From a virus (Duplodnaviria > Heunggongvirae > Uroviricota > Caudoviricetes): 64,000 nt of DNA. Position numbers and translations under genes: made by a program. Shown here piece after piece: positions 28,549-38,996 of the stretch. The first letter of the stretch is position 1; every line of letters begins with the position of its first letter. The DNA is taken from IMG/VR virus record IMGVR_UViG_3300031993_000051. The stretch is one strand, 5' to 3'. The notes beneath the pieces were generated by a model. That model had not been told where the DNA came from, did not search any database, and was given only the letters and a program-made list of their open reading frames with translations.

Positions 28549-29334
28549 ATGAAAGACGTATATCAACAATTATGGGAAGCATTCAGTGATATATATTTCG
28601 AAGAAGTTCCGCACAAATATACAGATAGTTACGGAACGAAATATACATCAGTTACTACATTTGTCGGTCAACTTGAAGTAGAAAAAGACTGGGATTTAAT
28701 TGCAGAAAAAGCAATTAAGAAAAAAGACAGTCAATATAAAGGAATGACTGTAGAACAAGTCAGAGCAGCTTGGAAAGCTTCAGGCGACTATGCTTGCCAG
28801 TTAGGAACTTATGTCCATAGTGTTATGGAACTTGGTTGGCAAAATAAGGAATTTTATCCTGATGAGAATGTTCTTGCAAAATATCCTGGAATGAAGGAAG
28901 ATTTTGAATATAGAAAACAAAGATGTAAGAAAGCTTTGTCTATTTTGAAAGAACGTTATATTCCCATCAAGAATGAAACAATTGTTTATGACCGTGACTG
29001 GCAGTTGTGTGGAACTATTGACTTCTTATGTTATAATAAAGTAAAGAATTGTATTGCAATCCTTGACTGGAAGACAAACAAGAAATGGGATTTTAACAAT
29101 AGGTATCAGAAACTTAGAGCTCCGTTCGATATGATGGACGATTGTAATATTAACCATTATGAGTTACAGTTAAATACCTATAAGGCAATTTTAGAGAAAC
29201 ATACGGATATTAAAGTTGGTGAAATGTTATTGGTTCAAATTCCAAATAAAGAAAAGGAATTAATCGAAACACATCAATGTAAGGATTGGCAAAAAGTTTT
29301 AGTTCCGTATTTAGACAGTTTACACAAAAAATAA
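28549..29334 (+). CDS. PD-(D/E)XK nuclease (RecB/Cas4/lambda-exo-like)
   Basis: GTIDFLCY ... AILDWKTNK matches hhhD ... hhDxK. Confidence 0.55.
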   Translation: MKDVYQQLWEAFSDIYFEEVPHKYTDSYGTKYTSVTTFVGQLEVEKDWDLIAEKAIKKKDSQYKGMTVEQVRAAWKASGDYACQLGTYVHSVMELGWQNKEFYPDENVLAKYPGMKEDFEYRKQRCKKALSILKERYIPIKNETIVYDRDWQLCGTIDFLCYNKVKNCIAILDWKTNKKWDFNNRYQKLRAPFDMMDDCNINHYELQLNTYKAILEKHTDIKVGEMLLVQIPNKEKELIETHQCKDWQKVLVPYLDSLHKK

Positions 29335-29367
29335 ATTATATATAAAAAACAATATAAAGGTGAAAAA

Positions 29368-29859
29368 ATGAAAGTATCAGAAGTACAGATTACAAATTTC
29401 CAGCTCCAGCAACTTTTTGAGGAATTTAATTCCCGTTTGACTGTAGATGGTATTAATGCTAAGTATTCTTGGTTCATGTATAAGAATAGCGAAGCAATGG
29501 CTCCATTGTATAGTCAGTTGATGAATGAACTTTATGATGAACGTAAGGAACCAGATTTTCCGGCTATGTTCTCTGAAGGTCAGCTTCTTATCGAAAAGTA
29601 TCGTGATCGTGATGCTGAAGGCAAGGAAATTAACGATAAGGCTGGTAATGCTCAGTTTACTCAGCATAGAGAAGAATATGTCAAAGAATATCAGGCTTTG
29701 AGAGAAAAGTATAAGGAATTATTCGAAAAGATTGACAAGAAACCCGAAGTAAACCGTGAAATTTATATGAAAAATGTAAGTTTTATGGCTACTCAGTTGG
29801 AATTGTCAGAATTCCCGAATAATACGAAGCCATATATTATTGGTCTTCTCGGCTATTAA
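29368..29859 (+). CDS. hypothetical protein
   Basis: 163-aa ORF followed by a terminator hairpin (29881-29908). Confidence 0.4.
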   Translation: MKVSEVQITNFQLQQLFEEFNSRLTVDGINAKYSWFMYKNSEAMAPLYSQLMNELYDERKEPDFPAMFSEGQLLIEKYRDRDAEGKEINDKAGNAQFTQHREEYVKEYQALREKYKELFEKIDKKPEVNREIYMKNVSFMATQLELSEFPNNTKPYIIGLLGY

Positions 29860-29923
29860 TTTAAAATAACATTTAAAAAGAAACCGCTTTTAACAAGCGG
29901 TTTTTTATTATAAATAATGTAAG

Positions 29924-30718
29924 ATGATAACTAATAAAACTGTATTTAATGTTAATCGTGTAGCAATACCATTCTCTAAGAAAGAATTAGAATCGGTAAT
30001 CAATCAGAATGTAGTAAATGGGTATATTTCTACTACATATGATAATTTAATACAAACTTTGGAAGATATTTCCCGTTCTAAGGAATATCCAGTTGTATTA
30101 AATCCGAATGAAATTTTTACTTCATCTAATAATCCGTTAATTAGAAATGACGTTTTGATTAGGGTTGAAGGATTACAGTCCTATGGTGAATTCATTAATA
30201 ATGTCATAAGAGATAGTGAAGATGGTTATTGGACCGATTTTATGACTTATTCTGAATTATTCAAGGATGAAATCAAGAAAGTCAAAATACTTGCTTATAA
30301 GAAGTTTTTGTGGAATTATCATAATATTGATGAATGGTTTACGTCTAAGAATATCGGTTTGATTGACGATGATAAGAATATGTTGGTTACTGATTTCCAG
30401 ACATTTAAGGAAAGAGTTTTATTAACAGATGACTATGAGACCTTTATTGATTCTTGTAAAACAGAAGATGTTGCTAATGCTATAAAGTATATCATAAGGA
30501 AAGGTTGTGAAGTTTTACAGAAATATAAGGTTGAACTAAATAATCATATTGCGATTGATAATAAAAGACAGACAAATATAATTTTGAAGAATCCAATTAT
30601 TACAAAGATATTCTTACAGTCTTCTGCTGCATCTCGTTGCAAGAAAGACTGGCCAAGAATTAAATTTACTACATTGGATAAGAAATCATTTGACACTATT
30701 GGTATTTGGGAAGTTTAA
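29924..30718 (+). CDS. hypothetical protein
   Basis: 264-aa ORF. Confidence 0.4.
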   Translation: MITNKTVFNVNRVAIPFSKKELESVINQNVVNGYISTTYDNLIQTLEDISRSKEYPVVLNPNEIFTSSNNPLIRNDVLIRVEGLQSYGEFINNVIRDSEDGYWTDFMTYSELFKDEIKKVKILAYKKFLWNYHNIDEWFTSKNIGLIDDDKNMLVTDFQTFKERVLLTDDYETFIDSCKTEDVANAIKYIIRKGCEVLQKYKVELNNHIAIDNKRQTNIILKNPIITKIFLQSSAASRCKKDWPRIKFTTLDKKSFDTIGIWEV

Positions 30719-32019
30719 TTATGTCATTTAAAAAATCAGAAACTATTACAAAGGAAGGCGGATATAGAAAGTTTGATTCCGTCGAGGAAATGCAATCAGC
30801 TACTAACTGGTTTTTTAAATACATTACTTATAATGATGGAACTACTGAAGAGTGGACTCCAGGACATTTACCAAATAAAAATAAGAATGATTATCCACCT
30901 CCGCTTGGAGAAGTAACTGGAACGATCTTCTTAGATTCTTCTCCTGGTATCATTTACATGACCAGTCTTATTGGTGATATTATCATCGATACGAAAGGTC
31001 CTGAATTTGTTTCTGAAGATGTTCAGTATGTAGTTATTGATTCTAACAGAAAGTGTAGCTTTACAATTAATTCTGATACGTTAATTGATGTTTGCCAATT
31101 AAGAATAAAATGTGGTGATGACGTTCTTTATGAATGTCTTAGAAAAGAAACAGAACATACAATTTCTGAAAGCATTTCTAAGCTATCTTATAATAAGACA
31201 GGAAATACTTATGTTTTGTCTTTTACATTAGATAAAAGCTATTCAGTTGATAAACTTAATGAAAATCAGCTTAAGATTGAAGTCTGGGATATTGCGGCAA
31301 ATAAAGTTGAATATACAACAGATGGAAAATGGGATTATATAACACTCGATGATGATGAGAAAATCCAACATCTTATTATTGACTTTATTGATATTTATCC
31401 AAAAAATATGATTGTTTCAAAAAATATTGAAGGAAAAGTATTAGTTAGGGTTACTAATCCAAATAAGTTTTTATGGGCTTATCAACCGACAGTAAATTTA
31501 TTTAATGATAGTATTGGTGTTATTGATGAATCAACATTAACATATTATGCAGATCAGGGAGTATTAACCTTTTATATTACACATATTAATAAGAAAGGAA
31601 ATATCAATGTTGAAGCATGGATTGATGTTGATAATAATGAAATTAAAGAATTTGTAAGAAATGCAACTTATGCTGATGCTACATTAGGACCATTTATATT
31701 TGCTGATGAAGGACGTAAGTATAAATTTAATTCTTATATTCCAGAATATCTTACTGACGAAATATATAAGGCATTTGTAAAATTTACAGAAGATTTCTTG
31801 AATACTTCGCAGGAAAGTTTGTCTACTGGAAATGCTGTAAGTACACTTGAAAAAATTGCTAGAATAAATAATTTTAATGACCCATTCAGAACAGAAACTC
31901 CTTTGCTTAGTGAATATGTAAAGCAGTTTAATATTGAAGTAAATCCAAATTTAAATGAATATGTATATTTCTTGGATGCGGCAAGAACTATAAAGGACAA
32001 GGAAACTGATGGAAATTAA
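30706..32019 (+). CDS. hypothetical (possibly virion/baseplate) protein
   Basis: 437-aa ORF, overlapping start/stop with its neighbours (operon). Confidence 0.4.
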   Translation: MGSLIMSFKKSETITKEGGYRKFDSVEEMQSATNWFFKYITYNDGTTEEWTPGHLPNKNKNDYPPPLGEVTGTIFLDSSPGIIYMTSLIGDIIIDTKGPEFVSEDVQYVVIDSNRKCSFTINSDTLIDVCQLRIKCGDDVLYECLRKETEHTISESISKLSYNKTGNTYVLSFTLDKSYSVDKLNENQLKIEVWDIAANKVEYTTDGKWDYITLDDDEKIQHLIIDFIDIYPKNMIVSKNIEGKVLVRVTNPNKFLWAYQPTVNLFNDSIGVIDESTLTYYADQGVLTFYITHINKKGNINVEAWIDVDNNEIKEFVRNATYADATLGPFIFADEGRKYKFNSYIPEYLTDEIYKAFVKFTEDFLNTSQESLSTGNAVSTLEKIARINNFNDPFRTETPLLSEYVKQFNIEVNPNLNEYVYFLDAARTIKDKETDGN

Positions 32020-33328
32020 CGATTTACCACAACAATATAAAGACGAAGCATACAGACTTCTTCGTTCTATCTATAAGTTTATTCCTTATTATAACCAGAT
32101 TAAAGGAACGTATCTTGGTATACAATTTATTTTAAATACCATGGGTTTATGTGCATCGATTGTCGAGCTTTGGGCAGCACCTAATAATATTACGAACTTT
32201 TCTGAAAATGCAGAATATTATAGAGAAGATGAAATCCATGCAGTTCGTAGATTTACTGAAGATGTCGCAATGCATGCAGGAGTTAAAGATTATTATTTAA
32301 CTTCTACATTTGATGTTGATTTGACTTCTCAAGCTGGCATTACATTTAAAGAATTTAACGGTATGGCTAAGACAATAATTACCGTTATTAATGAAGTTCG
32401 TCCAGTTACAAGATGTTTAAGAAAATTATATTACTTATTGCTTGTTAATTCAAATATTCATTTTGATTATTATTTTGAAAATCAAAAATCTCCTAATTTG
32501 GAATATGGTAATCCAGGTGTAGTTGGTGAAAATCCATATAATTTAGATTTTAGAAGATTTGACTATTTGTGGTATTGTTATAGAGATGAACCATTTAATA
32601 AATGTGAATATGATTTTAGATTAAAACAATTATCAAAAATATATTTACCTTATGATGCATTAGGTGCTAGATTTACTCCAAATGGTGATGATTATACAAC
32701 TGATAGCACTTATACAATGATTAATACTTATTTTAATCTAAATAAGTTAAATGTAAAGTTAAGAAAATCGCAAGTAGAAAAATTTAGATTTAAGATTTTT
32801 ATAAGACGTAGAGATAGGATTTTTGATATTCGTTCTACACCTGTTATAGAAGGAAATCTCGGAACTGATATTAGTATCAGTTTAGATCGTAACGGTATTT
32901 ATATAAATTTATTAAATGCTGGTTTACAAACTGCATTAAATTTAGATGAGTTATTTTCTGATTTACGTCCATTACCAACACCAGCTGGGAAAAAAGGACA
33001 ACTTGGTAATTATGATTTATTCATTGCGACTAATTTTATTATTGTCTTAGGAACTAATTACTTATTCCAAGATAAGGATATTTATGATTGGTCGCAGAAT
33101 GCAGAAATTAACTTCTTATTAGACGAATACTGTGGATTAATTCCAGAAGCATCGAGCTATGCTAGTGGTGTTCATCTTGCTTCTCAGCATAATGATGTAT
33201 TGGTTGGTGAAGATATGTCTGAAGAAGATGATACTGAATATCCAGATGGATTATTAACATATTCAGAAGATGATAATGATGATTCTGCATATATTACCAC
33301 AGAAGACGGTGAATATATATATAGATAA
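32009..33328 (+). CDS. hypothetical (possibly virion/baseplate) protein
   Basis: 439-aa ORF with an acidic C-terminus. Confidence 0.4.
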   Translation: MEINDLPQQYKDEAYRLLRSIYKFIPYYNQIKGTYLGIQFILNTMGLCASIVELWAAPNNITNFSENAEYYREDEIHAVRRFTEDVAMHAGVKDYYLTSTFDVDLTSQAGITFKEFNGMAKTIITVINEVRPVTRCLRKLYYLLLVNSNIHFDYYFENQKSPNLEYGNPGVVGENPYNLDFRRFDYLWYCYRDEPFNKCEYDFRLKQLSKIYLPYDALGARFTPNGDDYTTDSTYTMINTYFNLNKLNVKLRKSQVEKFRFKIFIRRRDRIFDIRSTPVIEGNLGTDISISLDRNGIYINLLNAGLQTALNLDELFSDLRPLPTPAGKKGQLGNYDLFIATNFIIVLGTNYLFQDKDIYDWSQNAEINFLLDEYCGLIPEASSYASGVHLASQHNDVLVGEDMSEEDDTEYPDGLLTYSEDDNDDSAYITTEDGEYIYR

Positions 33329-33339
33329 AGAGAGGATTT

Positions 33340-33810
33340 ATGGCAAGAGCAAAAACACTTAAATTAAAAGCTGGAACTAATATTACATTGACAAAAGATG
33401 ATACATCTGTAACAGTAGGATGTATTAGTGATGGTCCATCTGTTACTAATGAAAAAATCAAAATTTATGATATAAAAATTATAGCAGACCGGCAAGAATC
33501 AACAGGCTATCGTTTTGATGGTACGCCATCTGCAGAAGAATTAATATCTTTATTGGTTGGTGATACTGGAGCTGGTAGTTTAGCAATATTAAGAGCTATA
33601 GAAGATGTCGGTGAAGGCATAAAAAATGAAAAATGGTATTATTTACAAGATATTAGTGGTTGGCATATTGAAATGCAGTCAAACATGTATGTTTTTACAT
33701 TTATCCATACTAATGCAGTAACTAGTATTTCCCATGATGTTATTACATGTAATGTTGGAAAAACTGGTGAAGGATATAGTACAGTATGGACACTATCACA
33801 TATGCAATAA
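33340..33810 (+). CDS. hypothetical protein
   Basis: 156-aa ORF. Confidence 0.4.
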   Translation: MARAKTLKLKAGTNITLTKDDTSVTVGCISDGPSVTNEKIKIYDIKIIADRQESTGYRFDGTPSAEELISLLVGDTGAGSLAILRAIEDVGEGIKNEKWYYLQDISGWHIEMQSNMYVFTFIHTNAVTSISHDVITCNVGKTGEGYSTVWTLSHMQ

Positions 33811-33840
33811 TTTAAAACAATAATATTACAATAAAAAGGG

Positions 33841-33869
33841 TTGACAAAAGTCAGCTCTTTTTCTATATT
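33841..33869 (+). promoter_or_regulatory. sigma-A-type promoter TTGACA-N17-TATATT
   Basis: Perfect hexamers with a 17-bp spacer, inside a degenerate GGGTTGAC hairpin module. SD GAAGGT before the 33929 ATG. Confidence 0.5.
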
Positions 33870-33928
33870 TATTTAAATTAATTAGAAAACTATAAATATA
33901 TAGAATTTTTAATAAGAAGGTAATAAAA

Positions 33929-36900
33929 ATGAAAAAGATAATCGGAATATTATTAGTTTTAGCTGCATTTGTTTTTTCTGCAGACTATAAGCCGTTTAAC
34001 TTTGAAACTATCCCACAAGATTCTGCAAGTCAACAGGATCAATTTGATTATATGCTTCAATATAAGTTATATGGTCATGATTTTATCAAAATGGGAAATG
34101 ATGTTCGTATTCCAGACAAGTCAGGTTGGAATGGTACTGTAGGTAATATTACTTCTAATGCAAGATTGACCTTGGGCGGTCCGATTCTTGCAAATGGTAG
34201 TATTTCTATGGGTGATGGTCCAAATAATATTACTGGACCAGTTCGCTCAGTCGATTTTGATCTTGGAAATGTAAATAATTCCAAAATCGCAAGCCCTGTT
34301 TGCTTAAGCGGAACCGCAAATGCTAATGCATTGTCTGCGATTGAAGATCATAAGACTTATTCTTTCGATGCAAACATTTGTAAGGACAGCGTTCCTGCTG
34401 CACCTACAAATCTTTATATGCCGATTGTTGATTGGGATAATCTTGGTGCTGATGTTAAGTTGGATGATATTGTTTTAAGTGGCAATGATGCTACAGATAC
34501 TATTTTTGTTCCTAAAGGTGAAGGCGCATATAAGATTTTAATTGATAAGATTCAGTTTGGCCTTGGCGGAACTAATGCAAGCCATTTGTATGTTAAGATG
34601 CAAGATGGCGGTAGATTGACCCAGATTTTCGTAAAGAATTTTATTTATGGAAATCATGCTACAATTCAGGTTGTTTATGATACTGACAGTGGAAGCGTAG
34701 TATTGAATCAGGACCAATATCGTGGTAACTTGATGTTCTATTCTAATAATGTTATCAGTTTTGATAATATGGACTATGCTCCTATTCAAGGTTCATTTAT
34801 TTCTACTGATTCAATTTTCTTGGGAAGAAACGTTAATATTTCTGGTCAGTTATTGACTAATAAGCTTGAAATTGGAAATGATATTGATGGTAAAAACTTC
34901 AGATTTGTTAAATTCGACCCTGATACAATCGATGTTAAGCTTGATAAGTATGGTGGTTTGAGAGAAAATGATTCTACTGTTATTATTCCTATTGAACTAA
35001 GTGATACTGCTACTATCGCTGTATATTTTAGATATTGTTTTGATTTGAAAGATGGTGTAACTGTTGAAGATTTTAATATTCCGCCTACATTCCCTATTTG
35101 TAACATCGATCAACCGAAAGAAGTATCTATTCCTATCGGTTCAAAGATTCCAAGTGATCCAATTAAGGTAAATGTTAAAGTCGATACATTGACAGAAAAT
35201 GAATATCTTGTAATTAAGATTGATAGCATTTCTGGTGCTATTCTTCCTGATGGTAAGACTGAAGGAGAATTAAAGATTAAGATTATTGACGCTCCTATTG
35301 GACATGTTGAATTTGATACTACAAAGACATATGAGTTTGAGGAAAATAAACTTGGTGAAGTAGATGTAATCAAGATTTTAAATGGAACTGAAAATACTCG
35401 TTTCCATCTTGATAGTGCATATACTGATAGATATGAATTGGATAGCTTGACTGGTAAGTTGACACTTATTGGTGAACCATTAGATTATGAAAAGGCTGCA
35501 ATCGATGTTATTAAGGTTACATTGACTGATACTGGCAATGTAAGTGTAACTCGTAATATTCCTATTACAGTAATTGACGTTAATGAAGCACCTACTATCG
35601 ATGATGTAACTGCTAATCTTCCGGAAAATCTTATTCATCCATTCATGGTTGAAAAGTTAGTTGCAAAAGATCCAGATACTAAGACAACATTTACTCAAAA
35701 TGTTTTCAGTATGCTTGAAGGTGATACAAGCTTATTTAGAGTAGATTCTGATGGTGAAATTTGGGCAAAGAAGACATTTGACTATGAAACTGATCAGAAA
35801 ACCTATACTTTGAAGGTTTTGGTTCATGATAAGACTAATCCAGCATTGAAGGATAGTGCTATTGTTACTGTTAATATCACAAACAGCAATGATGGTCCTA
35901 AGTTTGACAGAAATGATACTACATTCCATGTAAATGAAAATGAACCATTTAAGGATAGTGTAAAGGCAACTGACCAGGATGGTGATAAGATTACTTATTC
36001 TATCATTGGAAGTGTTCCATTCAAAATTGATTCTACTGGCGTAATTACTTCTACTAGAACATTTGACTATGAAAAAGAAAAAGAATTTACATTCAAGGTC
36101 ATTGCTGATGATGGTAAAGCAAAAGATACAATGACTGTAAATATTATAGTAGACAATGTAAATGAGCCTGTTCATACCAAAGATACAACTTTTGTTGTAG
36201 ATGAAGGTAAAACTGGTGAAATCGGTAAAGTCAAAGGAGAAGATGAAGATGGAAAGCCTGTTAAATTTTCTTGCGATGATAGTGTGCATTACAGCATCGA
36301 TACTAATACTGGTATTCTTAGACTGGTAGACCCATTTGACTATGAGATTACAAAATCTGATACCATAAAGGTATTTGTTACTGATAGTCTATTTACAGAT
36401 ACTGCCATAGTTATTATTAATGTTAATAATGTAAATGAACCTCCTGTATTACAGCCAAATGATTCTCTTACAGTTCCAGAAAATTGTAAGAATTGTATTG
36501 TTGGTATTATTACAGCAGTTGACCCTGACAGTGATAAGGTAATTTACGAAGTTAAGGAACCTGGTTTCACAATCGATACAAATGGAGTATTAAAGCTCAC
36601 TGATCCTCTTGATTATGAGAAAACTCCAGAAGTTAAGATTACAGTTATTGCAAAGGATTCTAGTGGCGCAGCTGATACTGCCACCTATATAATTAAGATA
36701 ACTGATATTAATGAACCAGTCCATGTTCAAGATACAACTTGTTCTGTAAAGGAAAATTATACTGGTAAGGTTTGCAAGATTACAGCAACTGATGAAGATA
36801 AAACAACTCCTAAATATATAATTACCGATACTACAAATTATTCTATCGATTCTACTGGTGTAATTACTATTAAGAACCCGATTGATTATGAAAAGAAGAC

Positions 36901-38737
36901 TAAGGACACAGTAACTGTTATTGTAACTGATGACGAATTTTCTGATACCGCACAGGTAATTATCAGAGTTCTCGATGAACCTGAAAAGGTTGAAATTACC
37001 ACATGGGATGATGAAAAGCCTAAAGATACAGTAAAGACAAATGACCCAGATCATAAGTTCGAATGGGAACTTTGTGAAGGTGATAGCTGTATTAAGCATG
37101 AAGAATTTCCGCATATCAAGAAAGATACAACTATCAAGGTATGTAATGATAAGAAGACTGTTTGTGATTCAGTTGTAGTTTTATTCAATGATGCACCTCC
37201 AGTTGTTACTTTGACAAATGCAAAGTCTACTGATGCATTGATTGACTATATTACAATCGAAGAACAGAAGGACGATAAGATTTATGTCAACAAGAAAGAA
37301 AATCCAATTACTGTAACTGTTAGAGATACTGTTCATAAGACAGAAAAGAAATTTGATATTAAAGTTAAGCTTGATACAATTCCTACTAAGGATATTAAGA
37401 TTAAGGAATATAATTACTTGATTGATGAATCTCTTGCAACTCATACAGCAATAGGTAACAATCTTATTGAAGTTTCTGAAGTTATTTCTGTTGACGGTAA
37501 TAAGATAACAATTTCTAAGATTGTTGATAAGAAGACAATGGAACCAATCGATACAGTTCAAACTGTTACTTATCATAAGAAGGTTGGTGGTAAGGACGTA
37601 GTTGTTTCTTATAAGACTGATAATCTTACTGGTCAGAGAGTTTCTGATTATGAAATTTCTTACATGGCTGATTCTTGCACTAAGGTTACATATACTGTAA
37701 ATGATAAGAAGGAAATTGTTAAGAATAAGGAAGGAAATATTGCATATAATATCACTTATGATTATGTAGATGATTTTGGTAACAAAGCATCTGCGTCAGT
37801 TGAAATTATCTTCGACGATATTCCGCCTAAGGTTGAAATTCTTGGACCTGGTCCAATGGAACATTTCAATACAAATGCAATTCCAGTTAAGTGGACAGTT
37901 AATGGCGAAACACAAGATACTTTGACATTACAGAGACTTGAAAAAGGTGTTAACTATATTATCAGAAGATATGTAGATAAGGCTGGTAACGTCGCTGCTG
38001 ATACAGTCACAGTTCTTATGAATGAAGCCAAGGATATTGATATTGAAATTATCAATCCAGTAACCAAGGTTGACCAGGATAAAGTTGATGAATATTATTC
38101 TGAAGGTCATAAGTATAATGATAAGAAACCGTTTGACGTCAAGTTTGTTGACCCGAAGAACGATACAATTCCAGATGTAATTGGTGTTGGTTTCAAGGTT
38201 GATATTGTACTTCCGTCTGTTTCTCCTACTGGTTCTCTTGCAACATTGGATGACATTGTAAAGAATGGTCAGATTCCAGTTGATGATAAGGGAAATATCG
38301 TTGGTGCTTCTACAAAGGGAATTCCAGTAGATAAGTATGTTGAAGAACATTGTACTGAAGAATTCCAGAAGGATTACGATAAGTATGGTTTGAATATTCC
38401 GCTTTATGACGTTACTTATAAACTTCATCTTTGGGTATATACAACTACTGCAAACTATGTAAATGATTTTAATATTGAATTTACATTGAATGATGAAGCT
38501 AAGACTACTACAGCAGGAACTGTCCAGATGGTTATCGACTGGTTGTCTGATAAGGATGGAAACGTCAAGGCTAAGAACCATCATGCTTTAGGAACAGGCG
38601 CATATATAACCAAGTTGTTCAGCACTTCTGTTGCAAAACACCGTTGTGATTATAAGGATCAAGTTAAGGGTGATAGAACTGTAAAGAAGGATGAAACAAT
38701 GAAAACATTTGGTTATAAGCGACCAAACAACAAGTAA
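33929..38737 (+). CDS. giant secreted protein with about six cadherin-like repeats
   Basis: Sec signal peptide MKKIIGILLVLAAFVFSA. Repeat boundaries DVNEAPTID, NSNDGPKFD, DNVNEPVHT, NNVNEPPVL, DINEPVHVQ and LDEPEKVE recur every 265-310 nt. These match the cadherin DxNDxxP linker pattern. Confidence 0.65.
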   Translation: MKKIIGILLVLAAFVFSADYKPFNFETIPQDSASQQDQFDYMLQYKLYGHDFIKMGNDVRIPDKSGWNGTVGNITSNARLTLGGPILANGSISMGDGPNNITGPVRSVDFDLGNVNNSKIASPVCLSGTANANALSAIEDHKTYSFDANICKDSVPAAPTNLYMPIVDWDNLGADVKLDDIVLSGNDATDTIFVPKGEGAYKILIDKIQFGLGGTNASHLYVKMQDGGRLTQIFVKNFIYGNHATIQVVYDTDSGSVVLNQDQYRGNLMFYSNNVISFDNMDYAPIQGSFISTDSIFLGRNVNISGQLLTNKLEIGNDIDGKNFRFVKFDPDTIDVKLDKYGGLRENDSTVIIPIELSDTATIAVYFRYCFDLKDGVTVEDFNIPPTFPICNIDQPKEVSIPIGSKIPSDPIKVNVKVDTLTENEYLVIKIDSISGAILPDGKTEGELKIKIIDAPIGHVEFDTTKTYEFEENKLGEVDVIKILNGTENTRFHLDSAYTDRYELDSLTGKLTLIGEPLDYEKAAIDVIKVTLTDTGNVSVTRNIPITVIDVNEAPTIDDVTANLPENLIHPFMVEKLVAKDPDTKTTFTQNVFSMLEGDTSLFRVDSDGEIWAKKTFDYETDQKTYTLKVLVHDKTNPALKDSAIVTVNITNSNDGPKFDRNDTTFHVNENEPFKDSVKATDQDGDKITYSIIGSVPFKIDSTGVITSTRTFDYEKEKEFTFKVIADDGKAKDTMTVNIIVDNVNEPVHTKDTTFVVDEGKTGEIGKVKGEDEDGKPVKFSCDDSVHYSIDTNTGILRLVDPFDYEITKSDTIKVFVTDSLFTDTAIVIINVNNVNEPPVLQPNDSLTVPENCKNCIVGIITAVDPDSDKVIYEVKEPGFTIDTNGVLKLTDPLDYEKTPEVKITVIAKDSSGAADTATYIIKITDINEPVHVQDTTCSVKENYTGKVCKITATDEDKTTPKYIITDTTNYSIDSTGVITIKNPIDYEKKTKDTVTVIVTDDEFSDTAQVIIRVLDEPEKVEITTWDDEKPKDTVKTNDPDHKFEWELCEGDSCIKHEEFPHIKKDTTIKVCNDKKTVCDSVVVLFNDAPPVVTLTNAKSTDALIDYITIEEQKDDKIYVNKKENPITVTVRDTVHKTEKKFDIKVKLDTIPTKDIKIKEYNYLIDESLATHTAIGNNLIEVSEVISVDGNKITISKIVDKKTMEPIDTVQTVTYHKKVGGKDVVVSYKTDNLTGQRVSDYEISYMADSCTKVTYTVNDKKEIVKNKEGNIAYNITYDYVDDFGNKASASVEIIFDDIPPKVEILGPGPMEHFNTNAIPVKWTVNGETQDTLTLQRLEKGVNYIIRRYVDKAGNVAADTVTVLMNEAKDIDIEIINPVTKVDQDKVDEYYSEGHKYNDKKPFDVKFVDPKNDTIPDVIGVGFKVDIVLPSVSPTGSLATLDDIVKNGQIPVDDKGNIVGASTKGIPVDKYVEEHCTEEFQKDYDKYGLNIPLYDVTYKLHLWVYTTTANYVNDFNIEFTLNDEAKTTTAGTVQMVIDWLSDKDGNVKAKNHHALGTGAYITKLFSTSVAKHRCDYKDQVKGDRTVKKDETMKTFGYKRPNNK

Positions 38738-38795
38738 TAAATAAACCAGGAGTAAATCCTGGTTTTTTATTTTAGGGTTTACAACTAAAAAATAT

Positions 38796-38996
38796 TTGCT
38801 ATATTATAATATTATGCAAAAAACAAAAATTGATATCGTAGTATTTGTAGTTATTTTTATTTTCGTATTTAGTTTAATGATATTTGGATGTAGTTCTGAA
38901 AGTTCTACTTCTCCTGAAGATATGTATCAGAAGTGTATTACTGTTAACGAAGAAAATCCAGATGCATGTGACCAAGAATTTACAATATATAAATGA
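38796..38996 (+). CDS. small lipoprotein (Llp-like candidate superinfection-exclusion factor)
   Basis: 66 aa with a signal peptide and lipobox MIFGC, then a short Cys-containing mature part. Confidence 0.45.
   Translation: MLYYNIMQKTKIDIVVFVVIFIFVFSLMIFGCSSESSTSPEDMYQKCITVNEENPDACDQEFTIYK

Noticed and set aside
34075-38584. Multiple minus-strand ORFs (up to 218 aa) inside the cadherin-repeat gene
   Set aside because: They are AT-rich antisense frames with an Ile/Asn/Phe-rich composition typical of spurious ORFs. The sense frame has periodic domain repeats.
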